Shown piece after piece: positions 22,609 to 24,507 of a stretch of DNA of 24,507 nucleotides. The notes under the pieces were generated by a model, which saw only the letters and a list, made by a program, of their open reading frames with translations, had not been told where the DNA came from and did not search any database. Within the stretch, counting starts at the first letter, position 1. Every line of letters starts with the position of its first letter. Made by a program: the position numbers and the translations under genes. Source of the DNA: a virus (lineage: Duplodnaviria; Caudoviricetes); the IMG/VR virus record IMGVR_UViG_3300017658_000245, positions 1-24,507 of that record; one strand, written 5' to 3'.

Positions 22609-23250
22609 ATGGGAAGCCGGGGGAGAAAGTCAGGCAGGGGCGGAGTCAGCGGCAAGGGGCCGCATCATGTCACCGTCACGAAACAGGAGATCGAGGCCCG
22701 CATCACTAAGGAGATGAAGCGGGTGCCGTCGCCGCTCCGATCGATGCTGGCGAAGCATGATGTTCACCCGAAGGTGATCACGTTTGATGAAGCCAGACGA
22801 ATTGACTCGACGATCACCAGCAAGACGCGCGGCTTTCTGAATCCCAGTGCGGATCCCAAGAAGCGGGGCGCCTTTGTGATCATTGACAGGTTTCAGCACC
22901 GGCGGGGAGCGAAGAACGCCGCCATGACTGCTCTGCATGAGCAGGGGCACGCCCTGGACCAGCTGAAAGGAAAGGTGGGAGAACCGATCTCATCCAGCAA
23001 GGCATTCAAGGCAGCCATGAAAAAGGATCGCCAGCAGCAGAAAAAATTAAAATTCCCGGCAGAGAAACTTAATAATCTGAATTACACTCATTACAAGAAA
23101 GCGAACCGTCCCCGGGAACTTGCCGCGGAGGGATTCGCCACGATCTATGGTTCCGGGCGCCCCGCCAACGTGCAGGGAGCCAATAAAACAGCGGATTTCA
23201 AAAAAGCATGGCCAAACGTGATCGACGTCTTAAAGGCTGCCTTGAAGTAG
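22609..23250 (+). CDS. Anthrax-lethal-factor-like HExxH zinc metallopeptidase with an N-terminal MGSRG Gly/Arg tail
   Basis: ALHEQGHALD, ISSSKAF, Y...RELAAEGFA, KKAWP; very basic; begins MGSRGRKSGRGGVSGKG. Confidence 0.8.
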   Translation: MGSRGRKSGRGGVSGKGPHHVTVTKQEIEARITKEMKRVPSPLRSMLAKHDVHPKVITFDEARRIDSTITSKTRGFLNPSADPKKRGAFVIIDRFQHRRGAKNAAMTALHEQGHALDQLKGKVGEPISSSKAFKAAMKKDRQQQKKLKFPAEKLNNLNYTHYKKANRPRELAAEGFATIYGSGRPANVQGANKTADFKKAWPNVIDVLKAALK

Positions 23251-23267
23251 GCCCTCCCTATATCCGA

Positions 23268-23507
23268 ATGACACTCTGGCTCTGCCAGGATGGGACAATT
23301 GAATTCATGGGGAGCCAGGTCACTCCCTCCGGTCTGCTGTGTGATCTGGGAGGCCCGATCTGTCCGAACGATAACACGAACCTCGATGGCCTGTGCTACG
23401 AAGATTTCCGCGCGTTTCTGGACCAGTGCGGACTGAAAGCCCCCACGATTGAGATCCACAATGGAAAGATCGCCCTCCAGTCGAATGACCTGGATGATGA
23501 CGACTGA
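23268..23507 (+). CDS. Small acidic protein, candidate immunity/inhibitor partner
   Basis: 79 aa, Asp/Glu-rich, ends DLDDDD; starts 17 nt after the peptidase stop. Confidence 0.55.
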   Translation: MTLWLCQDGTIEFMGSQVTPSGLLCDLGGPICPNDNTNLDGLCYEDFRAFLDQCGLKAPTIEIHNGKIALQSNDLDDDD

Positions 23508-23510
23508 AGG

Positions 23511-24161
23511 TCAGCCGGATGCCTGCATTCTTCTCCGAGGTGACCACGCCGGCACAGTCACATAGCGCGGACCGGCGGGCAGTTTCTTAAGCAAACTTTC
23601 TTCAGCACCATAGAGCAGCACGGCGGATGGCTGGAGTTGCTCGATCCCTCTTCGCAGCCCCTTGAGCAGCAAGGCGGAATCTTTGAATCGCGGCCGGCAT
23701 TCACAGGCGAACGGGCTGCCAGTGTGCAGCCCACTTGTCATTTGCTGAACCGTCTGCCGGTTCCAAGCCAGCTGCGGGAGAACAGTTCTCCCCTGGCTTT
23801 GCCACCAGCGGGCCACCCAGCGGGACCGGTACAGATTACAGATTGCCACGGCAAACGGATGATCGCTGTACGCGCTAAAATCGGGTTCAATCAACACCAC
23901 ATCCGTGCCAAGCCGGGAGAGCGAAGCGGCAGGCCGTTCCCAGAGTGGTTCGAGCCGATAGTCATCCACCCAGAATCCGACCAGAGAACCGGCCCGAGGT
24001 TTCAGCGTGCGGTCGATCACCAGTGAACCCGGCCCCGAGTCTTCCGCCCGCAATGCCAGCCGGTCCGGCAATGTCACATCCTGCGCGAGCAACTGCGGAA
24101 TGCCCAGGTCATTCGTACTGGGGAAGACGGGACGGGTGGCGAGCGTCCAGCGTGTTTTCAT
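23511..24161 (-). CDS. DUF4417 domain protein
   Basis: NDLGIPQL...FWVDDYRLEPLWERP...IEPDFSAYSDHP....CNLYRSRW...WWQSQG..VLPQLAW...P..VLLYG. ATG 24161 follows AAGG. Confidence 0.88.
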   Translation of the reverse strand: MKTRWTLATRPVFPSTNDLGIPQLLAQDVTLPDRLALRAEDSGPGSLVIDRTLKPRAGSLVGFWVDDYRLEPLWERPAASLSRLGTDVVLIEPDFSAYSDHPFAVAICNLYRSRWVARWWQSQGRTVLPQLAWNRQTVQQMTSGLHTGSPFACECRPRFKDSALLLKGLRRGIEQLQPSAVLLYGAEESLLKKLPAGPRYVTVPAWSPRRRMQASG

Positions 24162-24507
24162 GACTGACCTTGCGCCCCAAGGGGAGCTGATTGAAATCGG
24201 CGGTGCCCAGGAGGATATTCCCCAGAGGAATAATTTCTCCATAGAGAATGGCAATGTCCGGATCGACCGGTACCAGCAATGCCCAAGCTTGCCAGAGAGG
24301 ACGGCAGTGGCGGGTGCACTCCAGCCCAATTGCTCGCATTTTGAGGAAACGCAATGTTCCGGCGGGATGACCATGGAACCGATGCTGGTTCAGCCGGTTC
24401 TGTGCATCCATCAGTAGACGGATCTTGCGGAGCGGCGCCCGATCCAGCACAAACAGCAACTCCTGGTCGGTCACATCCCAGGGCGGAACAAGGTCAGCGG
24501 CGATCAA
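24109..24507 (-). CDS. Hypothetical protein, C-terminal part (start beyond the window)
   Basis: Frame is open to the window edge and overlaps the DUF4417 start; no family recognised. Confidence 0.45.
   Translation of the reverse strand: MIAADLVPPWDVTDQELLFVLDRAPLRKIRLLMDAQNRLNQHRFHGHPAGTLRFLKMRAIGLECTRHCRPLWQAWALLVPVDPDIAILYGEIIPLGNILLGTADFNQLPLGRKVSHENTLDARHPSRLPQYE

Overview
A nearly continuous late-gene region of a temperate, siphovirus-type (HK97-fold) phage or prophage. A Planctomycetota host is my inference from protein style, GC richness and intergenic repeats; it is not proven. Order on the + strand: two virion-type genes; a divergent sigma-region-4-like HTH gene; a cassette of permuted NlpC/P60 peptidase, membrane-anchored CxxC protein, holin-like protein and thermonuclease; HNH, a G-tract (probable cos) region, terS, terL, portal and prohead protease. 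Then come two unannotated micro-ORFs (one poly-Pro/Cys-rich) and an antisense three-gene BrnT-like toxin/antitoxin/XRE insert; major capsid and head-completion genes; tail tube, tail chaperones with a -1 frameshift, tape measure, tail-tip genes and a beta-propeller. The window ends in an accessory block: an MGSRG-tailed lethal-factor-like HExxH metallopeptidase with a small acidic partner, convergent with a DUF4417 gene. Non-coding signals include a recurring GCGCACCGC(-N15-GAGGG) element, a shared 14-mer in two divergent intergenic regions, CsrA-like GGA sites, a three-way-junction RNA with complementary loops, and heptamer repeats. All family calls come from motif recognition by eye; no searches were run.
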